The notes beneath the pieces are model-generated. The model had not been told where the DNA came from. It saw only the letters and a program-made list of their open reading frames with translations, and did not search any database. DNA of 24,000 bases, from positions 124,235-148,234 of the forward strand of contig NZ_JBFAON010000008.1 of assembly GCF_040659795.1 (NCBI RefSeq), written 5' to 3'. The DNA is from Pseudonocardia sp. NPDC049635. Its GTDB lineage: Bacteria > Actinomycetota > Actinomycetes > Mycobacteriales > Pseudonocardiaceae. This document shows, in pieces, positions 8,375-17,281 of the stretch. Made by a program: the position numbers and the translations under genes. Positions within the stretch are counted from its first letter, which is position 1, and every line of letters begins with the position of its first letter.

Positions 8375-9487
8375 TCAACAGATCCGGGGCAGCGGGTCGC
8401 CGACGAGCGTGTCGACGATCCGGGTGCCGCCGAAGCCGGTCCGGAGGACGACGGTGTCCGCGGGTTCCGCGGTGACGCTGCCGATCACCACGGCGTCCGC
8501 GCCGAGCGGATGGGCACGCAGCGCCGCCAGACCGGCGTCCACCTCGTCCGGGGCGAGCACGGCCAGGAACTTGCCCTCGTTGGCGACGTAGAGCGGGTCG
8601 ATGCCGAGCATCTCGCAGGCCCCGGCGACGACCGGGCGGACCGGCAGCGCCTCCTCGTCGAGCACGACGCCGAGCCCGCTCGCCACGGCCAGCTCGTTGC
8701 AGACGGTGCCGACCCCGCCACGGGTGGGGTCGCGCAGCCACCGGGTGGACGGCGCGGCCGCGAGCAGGTCCGCCACCGCCCCGGCGACCGCCGCGGTGTC
8801 GGAACGGATGTCGGCCTCGATCGCCAGGTCACCGCGGGCCAGCATGATCGCCATGCCGTGGTCGCCCATGAACCCGGAGAGCACGACCCGGTCGCCGGGG
8901 CGCACCGCGGCCGCGGACAGCGTCCGGCCGTCGGGCACCGACCCGACCCCGGTCGTGGTGATGTACACACCGTCCGCCGCGCCCTGCGGGACGACCTTCG
9001 TGTCACCGGCGACGATCGTCACCCCCGCCTCGGCGGCGGCCGACGCCATGTCCGCGACGATCTCCTTCAGCTCGGCGATCTCGAGACCCTCGGCGAGGAC
9101 GAACGCCGCGGTCAGCCAGGCCGGGACGGCCCCGGCCATCGCGAGGTCGTTGACCGTTCCGTGCACGGCGAGATGCCCGATCGACCCGCCAGGAAAGCGT
9201 CGTGGCGACACCACGAAGGAGTCGGTGGACACCGCGATCCGCTGCCCGCCCGGTGGGGCGAGCACCGCGCCGTCGCCGAGGTCGGCCAGTGCCGGGTTCC
9301 GGAACGCCTCCAGGAAGACGGCGTCGACCAGGGCCTGCGAGGACTTCCCGCCGGCACCGTGGGCGAGCGTGATCCGCTCCTCGCGCAGCCGTGGCCTGCG
9401 TCGGCGGAACGCCTCGATCCGGTCGATCACCTCGCCCTCGGCGAACCCCGGACCGGACTCCCGGTACTGCTGCACGGTCCCGCTCAT
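8375..9487 (-). CDS. hypE: [NiFe]-hydrogenase maturation protein HypE
   Basis: 370 aa from ATG 9487 (ATGA overlap with the upstream stop). Motifs: LAHGAGGK, HGTVNDLAMAGA, GDTKVV, and the diagnostic C-terminal PRIC. Confidence 0.93.
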   Translation of the reverse strand: MSGTVQQYRESGPGFAEGEVIDRIEAFRRRRPRLREERITLAHGAGGKSSQALVDAVFLEAFRNPALADLGDGAVLAPPGGQRIAVSTDSFVVSPRRFPGGSIGHLAVHGTVNDLAMAGAVPAWLTAAFVLAEGLEIAELKEIVADMASAAAEAGVTIVAGDTKVVPQGAADGVYITTTGVGSVPDGRTLSAAAVRPGDRVVLSGFMGDHGMAIMLARGDLAIEADIRSDTAAVAGAVADLLAAAPSTRWLRDPTRGGVGTVCNELAVASGLGVVLDEEALPVRPVVAGACEMLGIDPLYVANEGKFLAVLAPDEVDAGLAALRAHPLGADAVVIGSVTAEPADTVVLRTGFGGTRIVDTLVGDPLPRIC

Positions 9488-10131
9488 CGTCGCTCCTCCC
9501 GCATCCGGTGCACCGCGGACCACAACCGGTGGCCGAGCAGCGCCTGTGCCTCCTGGATCCGGTGCACGCTCTGCGACCGGACCACGAAGCAGACGTCGAG
9601 GTCGGTGCTCGTGGCGAACGATCCGCCGTCGTAGCCCGCGAACCCGATCGTGAACATCCCGCTCCGCCGGGCCTGTGCCAGTGCCGCCGTGAGGTCCCGG
9701 GAGCTGCCGCTGGTGGACATCGCGACGGCGATGTCGCCGTCCGCACCGCGGGCGATCAGCTGCCGGGCGAAGACCAGGTCGAAGCCGACGTCGTTGCCGA
9801 GCGCGGTGAGGATCGCCTGGTCGGCGGTCAGCGACCAGGCCGGCAACGGCCGGGCACCGGCGGGCGGGTGGGCGAACAGCGCGGCGAGGGTGGCGGCGTC
9901 GGTCGAGCTGCCGCCGTTGCCGAAGGTGAACATCCGCCCGCCGGCGGCGAACCGTTCGGCCACCGCGGCGGCGGCCCGCTCGACGTCGGCCGCGCAGTCC
10001 TCGGCGGTCGCGCGGCGCAGCCGGGCGCTCTCGGTCGACTTGGCGACCGCGGAGGCGGCGAGATCGGCCAGCAGCGGGCCCGGGTCCCGCTCCCGGGCGT
10101 CCAGGAACGGGTAGAGGAAACCGGAGCTCAT
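9484..10131 (-). CDS. SIS-domain protein (GmhA/DiaA-like sugar-phosphate isomerase fold)
   Basis: 215 aa. Motifs: FTFGNGGSSTDAA, LPAWSLTAD...LTALGND, IAVAMSTSGSSRD, SVHRIQEAQ. ATGA overlaps at both ends (10128-10131 and 9484-9487). Confidence 0.85.
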   Translation of the reverse strand: MSSGFLYPFLDARERDPGPLLADLAASAVAKSTESARLRRATAEDCAADVERAAAAVAERFAAGGRMFTFGNGGSSTDAATLAALFAHPPAGARPLPAWSLTADQAILTALGNDVGFDLVFARQLIARGADGDIAVAMSTSGSSRDLTAALAQARRSGMFTIGFAGYDGGSFATSTDLDVCFVVRSQSVHRIQEAQALLGHRLWSAVHRMREERR

Positions 10132-10859
10132 CGGGTGCCCTCCGCACTCAGCACGCGCAGCGCCGCCCCGGCGTGCACCAGCAGCAGGTCGTCGCGGCGG
10201 ACCCGCCCGACCAGGTCGACCACCACCTCCTGCTCGCCGTCCGGGGTGCGGACCAGCGCGGTCGACCCGGTGCCGGGATCGGTCACCTCGACCACCCGGC
10301 CCTCGTCGCTGCAGGTCACACACACCTCGTCGGTGCAGCCCTCGGTGGTGAGCAGGCCGGGATGCTCGAAGCAGACGTGCGTGAGCTCCCACAGCAGGTG
10401 GTAGAGCAGCACGAAGCCACCGGTCGCCGGCTGCGCCGGGTCGGGGTCGTCGTGCCACAGGACGTGATCGGCCGACCCCGCGGGCGGGCGCGCACCGTGC
10501 CCGATCCAGATCGTGGTCGCGCCCCAGGCGGGCGCCCGGCGGGCGATCTCCCGGACGTACGGGTCCGCCGCGTCCGCGACGGCGAGCACCACGTCGCCCG
10601 GGCGCACCGACAGCCGCGCGGTCGCGACCGGGTCGCGGTCGGTGAGGGCGACGGCCGGCAACGCCCTGGCCCCGACGACCACCGGGTGGACGAACTCGAC
10701 CGCGACGTGCTGCGCGTGCGGCTCCCAGGCGGGCGCCACACACCACAGGGTCGCCCCGGTGGAGAAGCGGCGGGCCAGTGTCAGGGCGGCGGCCGCGAGG
10801 TCGTCGGCGAGTTCGGGGGCGAGGCCCGCGTCCGTCCCGGTCTCCGGTGCGGTCGTCAC
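10128..10859 (-). CDS. fusion of a degenerate SIS-like N-terminal domain with a HupF/HypC-like C-terminal domain
   Basis: 243 aa from GTG 10859 (GTGA overlap with the hypC stop). The N-terminus, LWCVAPAWEPHAQHVAVEFVHPVVVGARALPAVALT, resembles the SIS core but lacks GNGGS. The C-terminal ~75 aa, CTDEVCVTCSDEGRVVEV...ALVRTPDGEQEVVVDLVGRVRRDDLLLVHAGAAL, resembles HupF-type chaperones. Confidence 0.75.
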   Translation of the reverse strand: MTTAPETGTDAGLAPELADDLAAAALTLARRFSTGATLWCVAPAWEPHAQHVAVEFVHPVVVGARALPAVALTDRDPVATARLSVRPGDVVLAVADAADPYVREIARRAPAWGATTIWIGHGARPPAGSADHVLWHDDPDPAQPATGGFVLLYHLLWELTHVCFEHPGLLTTEGCTDEVCVTCSDEGRVVEVTDPGTGSTALVRTPDGEQEVVVDLVGRVRRDDLLLVHAGAALRVLSAEGTR

Positions 10860-11107
10860 GAGGACACCCCCCGGTCCTCGAGGACGCCGTACTCGACCAT
10901 GGTCCGCAACGTCGCCATGGCGGCCGCCTCGTCGACATGGCTGAGCGCGAACCCGGCGTGCGCGATCGTGTACTCCCCGACCTGCAGGTCCGGGACGTAG
11001 GCGAGGCAGAGGTCCTGTTCGGTGTCCGGGAAGCGGACCCGAGCCATGCGGGCGCCGGTCTCGGCGTCCCAGACCCGGATCACCTGCCCGGGGATTCCTA
11101 GGCACAT
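10856..11107 (-). CDS. hypC: HypC-family hydrogenase chaperone (first copy)
   Basis: 83 aa. Starts [12 protein letters not shown] and contains ...[19 protein letters not shown] 11107 overlaps the hypF stop (TAG 11098-11100) by 10 nt. Confidence 0.9.
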   Translation of the reverse strand: MCLGIPGQVIRVWDAETGARMARVRFPDTEQDLCLAYVPDLQVGEYTIAHAGFALSHVDEAAAMATLRTMVEYGVLEDRGVSS

Positions 11108-13533
11108 GGGCTGGACCCTCCTGGTCGTGCGTGGTGGTGGACGGCGGACGGTCCCCCGGAGCCGGGTCGCTCCGCCAGGGCCGTCAGTACCGCTGTCGCA
11201 GCCTGGCCGAGCGCCAGACCGCCGTCGTTGGGCGGGACCACCCGGTGGGTGAGCACCTCGTGCCCGGCGGCCTGCAGCCGCCGCCGGGTCTCCCGCAGCA
11301 ACAGCACGTTCGCGAAGACGCCGCCGGTCAGGCCGACCGTCCGTCGACCGGGGGCGAGGACCGCGACGGCCCGGACGACGGCGTCGGCCAGCGCCCGGTG
11401 GAACGCCGCGGCGAGCTCGGCCGGCCGGATCCCGTGCCGCAGCCCGGCGACGATCCCGCGGATCACCGGGCCCGGATCGAGGACGCCGTCGGGGCCGACA
11501 CCGAACCCGGGCACCGGCCACCGGGACCGTCCGCCCGGTGCCGCGCCCGACGTCGCGGTCGCGGCGAGCGCCTCCAGCTCGATCGCGGCCTGACCCTCGA
11601 ACGCGATCCGGTGCCGCACGTCGAGCAGGGACGCGACGGCGTCGAACAGCCGGCCGACACTGCTGGTCGGCACACAGCCCACACCGCTGTCCAGCTGGGA
11701 CTCCAGCGCGGCCCGCTCGGCGGCGGAGGTGGCCCGCACCGGGGCCAGGTCCGCGGTGCGGGCCACCCCGGCCGCGCGGGCGTGCACCAGCGCCATCCGC
11801 CACGGGTTGCGGACCGCGGCGTCACCGCCGGGCAGCGGCACCGGTGCGAGGTGGCCGGCCCGGGTGAACCGGTGACCGTCCGCTCCGACCAGCAGGATCT
11901 CCCCGCCCCAGACGGTGCCGTCGGTGCCGTGACCGGTCCCGTCGAAGGCGACGCCGACGACCGGGCTGCCCAGCCGTCCGTGCTCGGCGAGCAACGCCAG
12001 CACGTGCGCGTGGTGGTGCTGCACGAGATCGGGTGGACGGTCCCCGGCGAGCCGTTCGGCCCGGCCCCGGGTGAGGTAGCCGGGGTGCAGGTCGGCGACC
12101 ACCCGCTCCGGACGCCCGCGCAGGGCGGTGAGCCGCTCGACGGCCCGGTCGAACGCGAGGGTGGTCTCCAGCGATCCCATGTCACCGACGTGCGCCGAGC
12201 AGAAGGCGTGCCTGCCGTCGGTCAGGCAGAACGTGTTCTTGAGCTCGCCACCGACGGCGAGCACCCGCGGCCCGGTGACCCCCAGGTCGATCGGCAACGG
12301 GGCGTACCCGCGGGACCGCCGGATCGGCAGTTCCTCGCCGTCGACGACCCGGACCACCGAGTCGTCGCACGGCACCTCGATCGGCCGGTCGTGGTCGAGC
12401 ACCGCGTCGCACAGCCCCGGCAGCCGGTCACGGGCGTCAGCGTCGGTGTGGCACAGCGGCTCGTCGCTGAGGTTCGCGCTGGTCAGCACGATCGCGTCCG
12501 GGACGGGGGCCGGGTCGCCGGGGACCGGCGCGAGCAGCAGGTGGTGCACCGGGGTGTAGGGCAGCAGCAGTCCGAGCAGCGGGTTCGCCGGTGCGACCTG
12601 TTCGGCGACCGGCGCCCCGGGCCGGCGCTCCAGGAGCACGACCGGCCGCTGCGCCGAGCCCAGCACCGCCGCCTCGTCCGGGGAGATCCGCGCGTAGCGC
12701 CGTGCGGTGTCGACGTCACGGACCAGCAGTGCGAACGGCTTGCCGGTTCGGGCCTTGCGCCGGCGCAGCTCGGCCACCGCGACGGCGTCGTCCGCGGCAC
12801 AGGCCAGGTGGTAGCCACCGATCCCCTTGACGGCGACGATCCGGCCGGCCGCGAGGGCGCGCTGCGCCGCGGCGATCGCGGCGTCACCGGTGCGCCCGTC
12901 CTCCGCACAGCGGCCGGCGTCCCCGGCCGGCCCACCGTGCGCGCACCGGTAGGTCAGGACCGGGCCGCAGTCCGGGCAGGCCACCGGCTGGGCGTGGAAG
13001 CGCCGGTCGGCCGGATCGGCGTACTCGGCGGCGCAGCGCTCACACATCGCGAACCCGGCCATCGTGGTGGCCGGGCGGTCGTAGGGGAGGCCGCGGATGA
13101 TCGTGAACCGCGGGCCGCAGTCGGTGCAGGTGACGAACGGGTGCCGGTAGCGGCGGTCGGCCGGGTCGAACAGCTCGCGGAGGCAGGCGGCGCAGGTGGC
13201 GACGTCCGGGGGGACCGTGGTCGCCGCTCCCCCGGACGCCCGGCTCCCGTCGATCCGGAAGGCACCGGCGCCGGTCGCCCGCAGGTCGGTCCAGTGGACC
13301 GACTCGATCCGCGCGAGCGGGGGCGCCTCGGTGCGCAGCCTGCGGTCGAACTCGTCGAGCGCGGCGGGTGGGCCCTCGACCTCCAGGAACACCGCCGCGG
13401 AGTCGTTGCCGACCAACCCGCCCAGCTCCAGCGCGGTGGCCAGCCGGTGCACGAACGGACGGAACCCGACGCCCTGGACGACGCCGGTCACCACGGCCCG
13501 GCGACGGAGGGCACCGGCGGCCGGGGCGCTCAC
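11098..13533 (-). CDS. hypF: carbamoyltransferase HypF
   Basis: 811 aa from GTG 13533 (GTGA overlap with the NHL gene stop; GGAGG upstream). Acylphosphatase-like [18 protein letters not shown], two Zn-finger pairs (CAACLREL...CTDCGPRF; CERCAAEY...CPDCGP), a YrdC-like [12 protein letters not shown], and a Kae1-like C-terminus (LTGGVFAN...[12 protein letters not shown]). I trimmed the 918-aa track ORF. Confidence 0.93.
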   Translation of the reverse strand: MSAPAAGALRRRAVVTGVVQGVGFRPFVHRLATALELGGLVGNDSAAVFLEVEGPPAALDEFDRRLRTEAPPLARIESVHWTDLRATGAGAFRIDGSRASGGAATTVPPDVATCAACLRELFDPADRRYRHPFVTCTDCGPRFTIIRGLPYDRPATTMAGFAMCERCAAEYADPADRRFHAQPVACPDCGPVLTYRCAHGGPAGDAGRCAEDGRTGDAAIAAAQRALAAGRIVAVKGIGGYHLACAADDAVAVAELRRRKARTGKPFALLVRDVDTARRYARISPDEAAVLGSAQRPVVLLERRPGAPVAEQVAPANPLLGLLLPYTPVHHLLLAPVPGDPAPVPDAIVLTSANLSDEPLCHTDADARDRLPGLCDAVLDHDRPIEVPCDDSVVRVVDGEELPIRRSRGYAPLPIDLGVTGPRVLAVGGELKNTFCLTDGRHAFCSAHVGDMGSLETTLAFDRAVERLTALRGRPERVVADLHPGYLTRGRAERLAGDRPPDLVQHHHAHVLALLAEHGRLGSPVVGVAFDGTGHGTDGTVWGGEILLVGADGHRFTRAGHLAPVPLPGGDAAVRNPWRMALVHARAAGVARTADLAPVRATSAAERAALESQLDSGVGCVPTSSVGRLFDAVASLLDVRHRIAFEGQAAIELEALAATATSGAAPGGRSRWPVPGFGVGPDGVLDPGPVIRGIVAGLRHGIRPAELAAAFHRALADAVVRAVAVLAPGRRTVGLTGGVFANVLLLRETRRRLQAAGHEVLTHRVVPPNDGGLALGQAATAVLTALAERPGSGGPSAVHHHARPGGSSPCA

Positions 13534-14726
13534 GAGCCCGCCTCCGTGCGGTGCCACAGCACGACCCGGTTGTTGCCCGAGTCGCACACCGCGAGCCGGT
13601 CGCCGTGCAGGGACAGTCCGTAGGGCCAGCACAGCGTGTCGTCGAGCACGGCCGCCCACCGGTTCTCCCCGTTGCCGGCGAAGTCCGGCTGGGCCAGCAC
13701 GTGCCGGGCGCCGCGCCCGTCGGTCGGCACCGTGTCCCACAGCAGCACCCGGTTGTTGGCGGTGTCGGCCACCGCGAACCGGTCGCCGCACGGGTCGAGG
13801 CAGGCCGAGTAGGGGAAGCGCAACCCGGCGGCGGTCTGCGGGGCGTAGGGCCACTCGTCCCCGGTGTCCAGACCGGGCTGGCCGATCGCGAAGCCGGCGG
13901 GCCGGTCGGCGTCCGGGGCGGGTGCCCAGCCCAGCACCCGGTGGTTACCGGCGTCGGCGACCAGCAGCAGACCGTCCCGGCCGGTGACCGCGTGCGGCCA
14001 CCGGAAGCTCGCCGGGCCGACGCCCTCGCCGCGGTTCTCCTCCCGCGCTGCCGGGCCGGGCTGACCGAGCACGACGTCCGCGGGGCGTCCGGGGCCGGGG
14101 ATCCCGCCGTCCCAGCCGAGCACCCGGCGGTTGCCGGTGTCGGCGACCCAGAACCGTCCGTCCACGATCCCGACGCCGAACGGCCAGTAGAACGTGGCCG
14201 CCGAGCAGGCGCCGCCGGCGTTCGGTTCGACGCTGTCCGGGCCCGGCTGGCCGAGCACCAGGTCGGGGGCGACGTCGTCGGAGCGCGGGACGGAGTCCCA
14301 GACCAGGATCCGGTGGTGCCACGCGTCGGCGACGACCAGCCGCCCGTCGTGCACCAGCACGCCGGTGGGCAGGTTCATCCCGTTCGCCGGGCCGCGTCCG
14401 CCCGCCGCGCGGCCCTCGGTGGTCGCGTCCGGCTGGCCGAGCACGACGTCGGCCGGCTGCTCGTCGGTGTCCGGCCCGCCGTGCCAGAGGAGCACCCGGT
14501 GGTTGCCGGTGTCGGCGACGGCGAGCAGGCCCGGGTCCAGGTGCACCCCGCGCGGCGAGTACATCCAGGACCGCGAGGGCGTCGCCGAGGGCAGGGCCAA
14601 CCCGCCGGTCGCGGGTGCGCCCAGCCGGACGCCCGGTGCCCAGCCACCGGCCAGCGCCGGGTCGGTGCCGGGATCGACGCGTGTCGGGCGCCCGCCGATG
14701 CTGTGCCGGACCGTCAGCCGGCTCAC
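13530..14726 (-). CDS. six-bladed NHL-repeat beta-propeller protein
   Basis: 398 aa from GTG 14726 (GTGA overlap with the hucE-like stop). Six blade signatures: [91 protein letters not shown]. Recurrent VLGQP/AIGQP/VLAQP linkers. No signal peptide by eye. Confidence 0.85.
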   Translation of the reverse strand: MSRLTVRHSIGGRPTRVDPGTDPALAGGWAPGVRLGAPATGGLALPSATPSRSWMYSPRGVHLDPGLLAVADTGNHRVLLWHGGPDTDEQPADVVLGQPDATTEGRAAGGRGPANGMNLPTGVLVHDGRLVVADAWHHRILVWDSVPRSDDVAPDLVLGQPGPDSVEPNAGGACSAATFYWPFGVGIVDGRFWVADTGNRRVLGWDGGIPGPGRPADVVLGQPGPAAREENRGEGVGPASFRWPHAVTGRDGLLLVADAGNHRVLGWAPAPDADRPAGFAIGQPGLDTGDEWPYAPQTAAGLRFPYSACLDPCGDRFAVADTANNRVLLWDTVPTDGRGARHVLAQPDFAGNGENRWAAVLDDTLCWPYGLSLHGDRLAVCDSGNNRVVLWHRTEAGS

Positions 14727-15628
14727 GGTTCGGCCCGGACCCAGACGGTGTCGCGCTCGACCCGCATCGGGAGCCGTTCGAGCTGGGCGCCGGGCGCGCT
14801 CAGGCACTCCCCGGAGCCGGCGTCGAAGCAGAACCCGTGCCACGGGCAGGTGAGCGTGCCCGCGGTGACGTCGAGCAGCGCGTCGTCGAGCGGGAGCCCC
14901 TCGTGCGCGCAGGCGTTGCGGAACGCGGCGAGCCCGTTGTCGACGTTCACCACGACCAGCGAGGCCCGCCCGCCGGGTGTGTCCACCTCGACCGGGTGCA
15001 CCGCCCCCACCGGGAACTGCGCGGTGGACCCGGCCCGCGACCAGCCCTGGGTCGCCGGGTCCGGGCCGATCCGCAGCTCGTCGAGCGGGATCAGGGTCGG
15101 CGACGGCTCGTTCGGCAGCACCTCGACGGTGGTGATCTCCGGTACGCCCTCGACCAGGCTGGACTCGACGAGGTTGCGCAGCGTCACCGAGGACATCGAG
15201 CAACCGTTGCAGGCACCCTCCAGCCGGACGAACGCGGTCGCGCCCTCCACCCGGTCCAGCAGCACGTTCCCGCCGTGGCTCGCCAGCTGCGGTCGCACCC
15301 CGGCCAGAGCCCGTTCGGCCCGGACCGACGGGGGTTCGCGCACGATCCCGTGCAGCGACAGCAGCATCCGCACCACCGGCTCGTCGGCCAGCTCGAACAG
15401 GGCGGGCCGGGTCGCCTCGTCGGCCTTGAGCCGGCGGACGATCTGCACCAGCCCGGCCCGATGCACCGCCTCCAGCGCCGCCCGCAGCTCCTCGGCGGCG
15501 GCCCGCGCGGCCGGGTCGAGGTCGGCCAGTGCGCTCACGGCACGGTCGACGCGGCCGGCGAGCTCCTCGAAGGTCGGTTCGGTGCCCGGCTCGGCAGCCG
15601 GGGCCGTGGGGGATACCGAGGTCGTCAT
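14723..15628 (-). CDS. hucE: HucE-like putative iron-sulfur protein (NifU C-terminal-like domain + Rieske [2Fe-2S] domain)
   Basis: 301 aa from ATG 15628 (SD GAGGAA 5 nt upstream). NifU-like LEGACNGCSMSSVTLRNLVE. Rieske motifs: CAHEG...(19 aa)...CPWHGFCF. Confidence 0.82.
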   Translation of the reverse strand: MTTSVSPTAPAAEPGTEPTFEELAGRVDRAVSALADLDPAARAAAEELRAALEAVHRAGLVQIVRRLKADEATRPALFELADEPVVRMLLSLHGIVREPPSVRAERALAGVRPQLASHGGNVLLDRVEGATAFVRLEGACNGCSMSSVTLRNLVESSLVEGVPEITTVEVLPNEPSPTLIPLDELRIGPDPATQGWSRAGSTAQFPVGAVHPVEVDTPGGRASLVVVNVDNGLAAFRNACAHEGLPLDDALLDVTAGTLTCPWHGFCFDAGSGECLSAPGAQLERLPMRVERDTVWVRAEP

Positions 15629-15680
15629 GGCCGTTCCTCGCTGTGGTGGTGGGTGGTCCGTCGTCCGGGGCGGGCCGGGA

Positions 15681-17033
15681 TCAGCCGGGGGCCGGTGCCG
15701 GTGCGTCGTGCTCGGCGGTGCGGGCCAGTGCGGTCTGCCGGGCGATCTCGTCGAGCACACCGCGCACCGCGCGCACCGACGCCTCGTCGGTGTGCTCCTC
15801 GAACAGGAAGCGCGCCTCGTAGAGGCGGGCCTTGGCGTCGTCGAACGCCCCGAGGTGGGCGAGGACGGTCCCCTGGTTGCTGAGCACCCTGGCCCGGCCG
15901 AGCGGATCGGCGTGCCGGTCCCGGGTCTGCAGCACCGCCTCGTAGATCTCGACGGCGTCGACCAGGTTCTCCTCGCGGTGCGCGGTCGGGCCGTAGACCA
16001 GCGAGTTGGCGAGGTTCAGCTGCAGGCTCGCCCACTCGGCCGGGTGGTCCTCGCGGGTGTAGACGGTCAGCGCCGCCCGCAGCGACTGGGCCGCGATCCC
16101 CAGCCGCAGCTGCCCGGAGGCCTCGACCATCGGCATCGTCAGATAGGCCGTGGCCAGTCCGGCGTGCGCCGCGGCCCAGGTCAGCGCCGCGTCCTCGCGG
16201 CGCACCAGCTGCAGCGCCGCGTGGTAGTGCGGGACGGCCCGGTTCAGCATGTCGGGCCGGTCGTCCGCCTGCTCGTGCAGCGCCCCGGCCAGCTCCAGGT
16301 GCACCTCGGCCCGGCCGACGGCCACGCCGTCGGCGTCGTCGAGCAGGGCCAGCGCCTGCTCGAAGCGGGCCACGCAGCCGAGGTCACCGTGTTCGCGCAG
16401 GATCCCGGCGGCGGCCGCGTGCAGCAGGCCGGCCAGCGGCGGTGACACCGGTGCGGCCTGCTCGACGGCCCGGTCCAGCAGGGCCACGGCGGCGGCGGGC
16501 CCGTCGGTGCCGAGCACGTGGGCGGCCTGCGCGGACAGCACGAGCGCGCCGATCTCGCCGTCGGCCACCTCGCCGTCGGCCACGTCACCGTCGGCCACCG
16601 CGCCGGACGAGCCGGGGGGCTGGTCGGTCCGGCCGAGCGCGAACAGCACCAGGTCGACCAGCACACCGAGCTCCCCCAGCTCCCGGCGGAGCCGGTCCGG
16701 GTCGGTGCCGCGCGGGGCCGGCGCGTCCGGGTCGAGGACGAAGCGGTTGTACCGGGCGACCGGTCCGGGCTCGGGATCGGCGTCCAGCACGGCGAGCGCA
16801 CCGTCCCGGTCCCCGGCCAGCGCCAGCTCGTGGGCACGCAACCGGTCCGGCCAGCGCGCCGGCACCCGCCCGGCGAGCAGGTCGAGACGGGCCGGGTCGG
16901 TGTCCGTTCCGGCCGGTACCAGGAGGTACCCGAGCGGCAGCGGCAGGACGCCGAGCGGCTGCGGTCGGGTGAGCAGCCCGGCCGGGCCGGGATCGTGCGG
17001 TCGGTCGGCCATCTGGGGGTCCCTCGTGTTCAT
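15681..17033 (-). CDS. TPR-like helical-repeat protein, function unknown
   Basis: 450 aa from ATG 17033 (ATGA overlap with the stop of the 81-aa ORF). The C-terminal two-thirds shows TPR-like helix pairs (LTWAAAHAGLATAYLTM, EWASLQLNLANSLVYG, RARVLSNQGTVLAHLGAFDDAKARLYEARFLFE). I trimmed the 764-aa track ORF. Confidence 0.75.
   Translation of the reverse strand: MNTRDPQMADRPHDPGPAGLLTRPQPLGVLPLPLGYLLVPAGTDTDPARLDLLAGRVPARWPDRLRAHELALAGDRDGALAVLDADPEPGPVARYNRFVLDPDAPAPRGTDPDRLRRELGELGVLVDLVLFALGRTDQPPGSSGAVADGDVADGEVADGEIGALVLSAQAAHVLGTDGPAAAVALLDRAVEQAAPVSPPLAGLLHAAAAGILREHGDLGCVARFEQALALLDDADGVAVGRAEVHLELAGALHEQADDRPDMLNRAVPHYHAALQLVRREDAALTWAAAHAGLATAYLTMPMVEASGQLRLGIAAQSLRAALTVYTREDHPAEWASLQLNLANSLVYGPTAHREENLVDAVEIYEAVLQTRDRHADPLGRARVLSNQGTVLAHLGAFDDAKARLYEARFLFEEHTDEASVRAVRGVLDEIARQTALARTAEHDAPAPAPG
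16560..16604 (-). repeat. in-frame 15-nt tandem repeat x3 inside the TPR-like gene (encodes VADGD/VADGE/VADGE)
   Basis: Plus-strand units are gtcggccacctcgcc / gtcggccacgtcacc / gtcggccaccgcgcc. The protein reads AVADGDVADGEVADGEIGA. Confidence 0.8.
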
Positions 17034-17275
17034 CGCTGGTCTCGCTGGTCTCGTTCGGCGGCGCGGCGGATCAGCCGGGCGGAGATCCGGGCCCGTGCCT
17101 CGGTCGGATGGGAACTGATGCGCTTGCGGACCACACCGTCGGCGAAGACGACGACGATCTCGACGACCCACCGGCCGCGCTCGTGCACGACCTCGGTGTG
17201 CACGTCCAGTGCCTCGTCCACGGGGCTTTCCGGACGGGGCGTGGCCCCGGGCCGCTCGTCCGGTGTCCCGCTCAT
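17030..17275 (-). CDS. small hypothetical protein (81 aa)
   Basis: ATG 17275 lies 6 nt after the protease stop, and its own stop overlaps the next start (ATGA). Codons are GC3-rich. No motif recognised. Coding status rests only on operon context and codon bias. Confidence 0.5.
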   Translation of the reverse strand: MSGTPDERPGATPRPESPVDEALDVHTEVVHERGRWVVEIVVVFADGVVRKRISSHPTEARARISARLIRRAAERDQRDQR

Positions 17276-17281
17276 CGCCGG

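Noticed and set aside
13530-14726. ~200-bp periodic DNA similarity inside this region as a repeat or mobile element.
   Set aside because: The periodicity is explained by the six NHL blades of one intact ORF. There are no terminal inverted repeats and no transposase.
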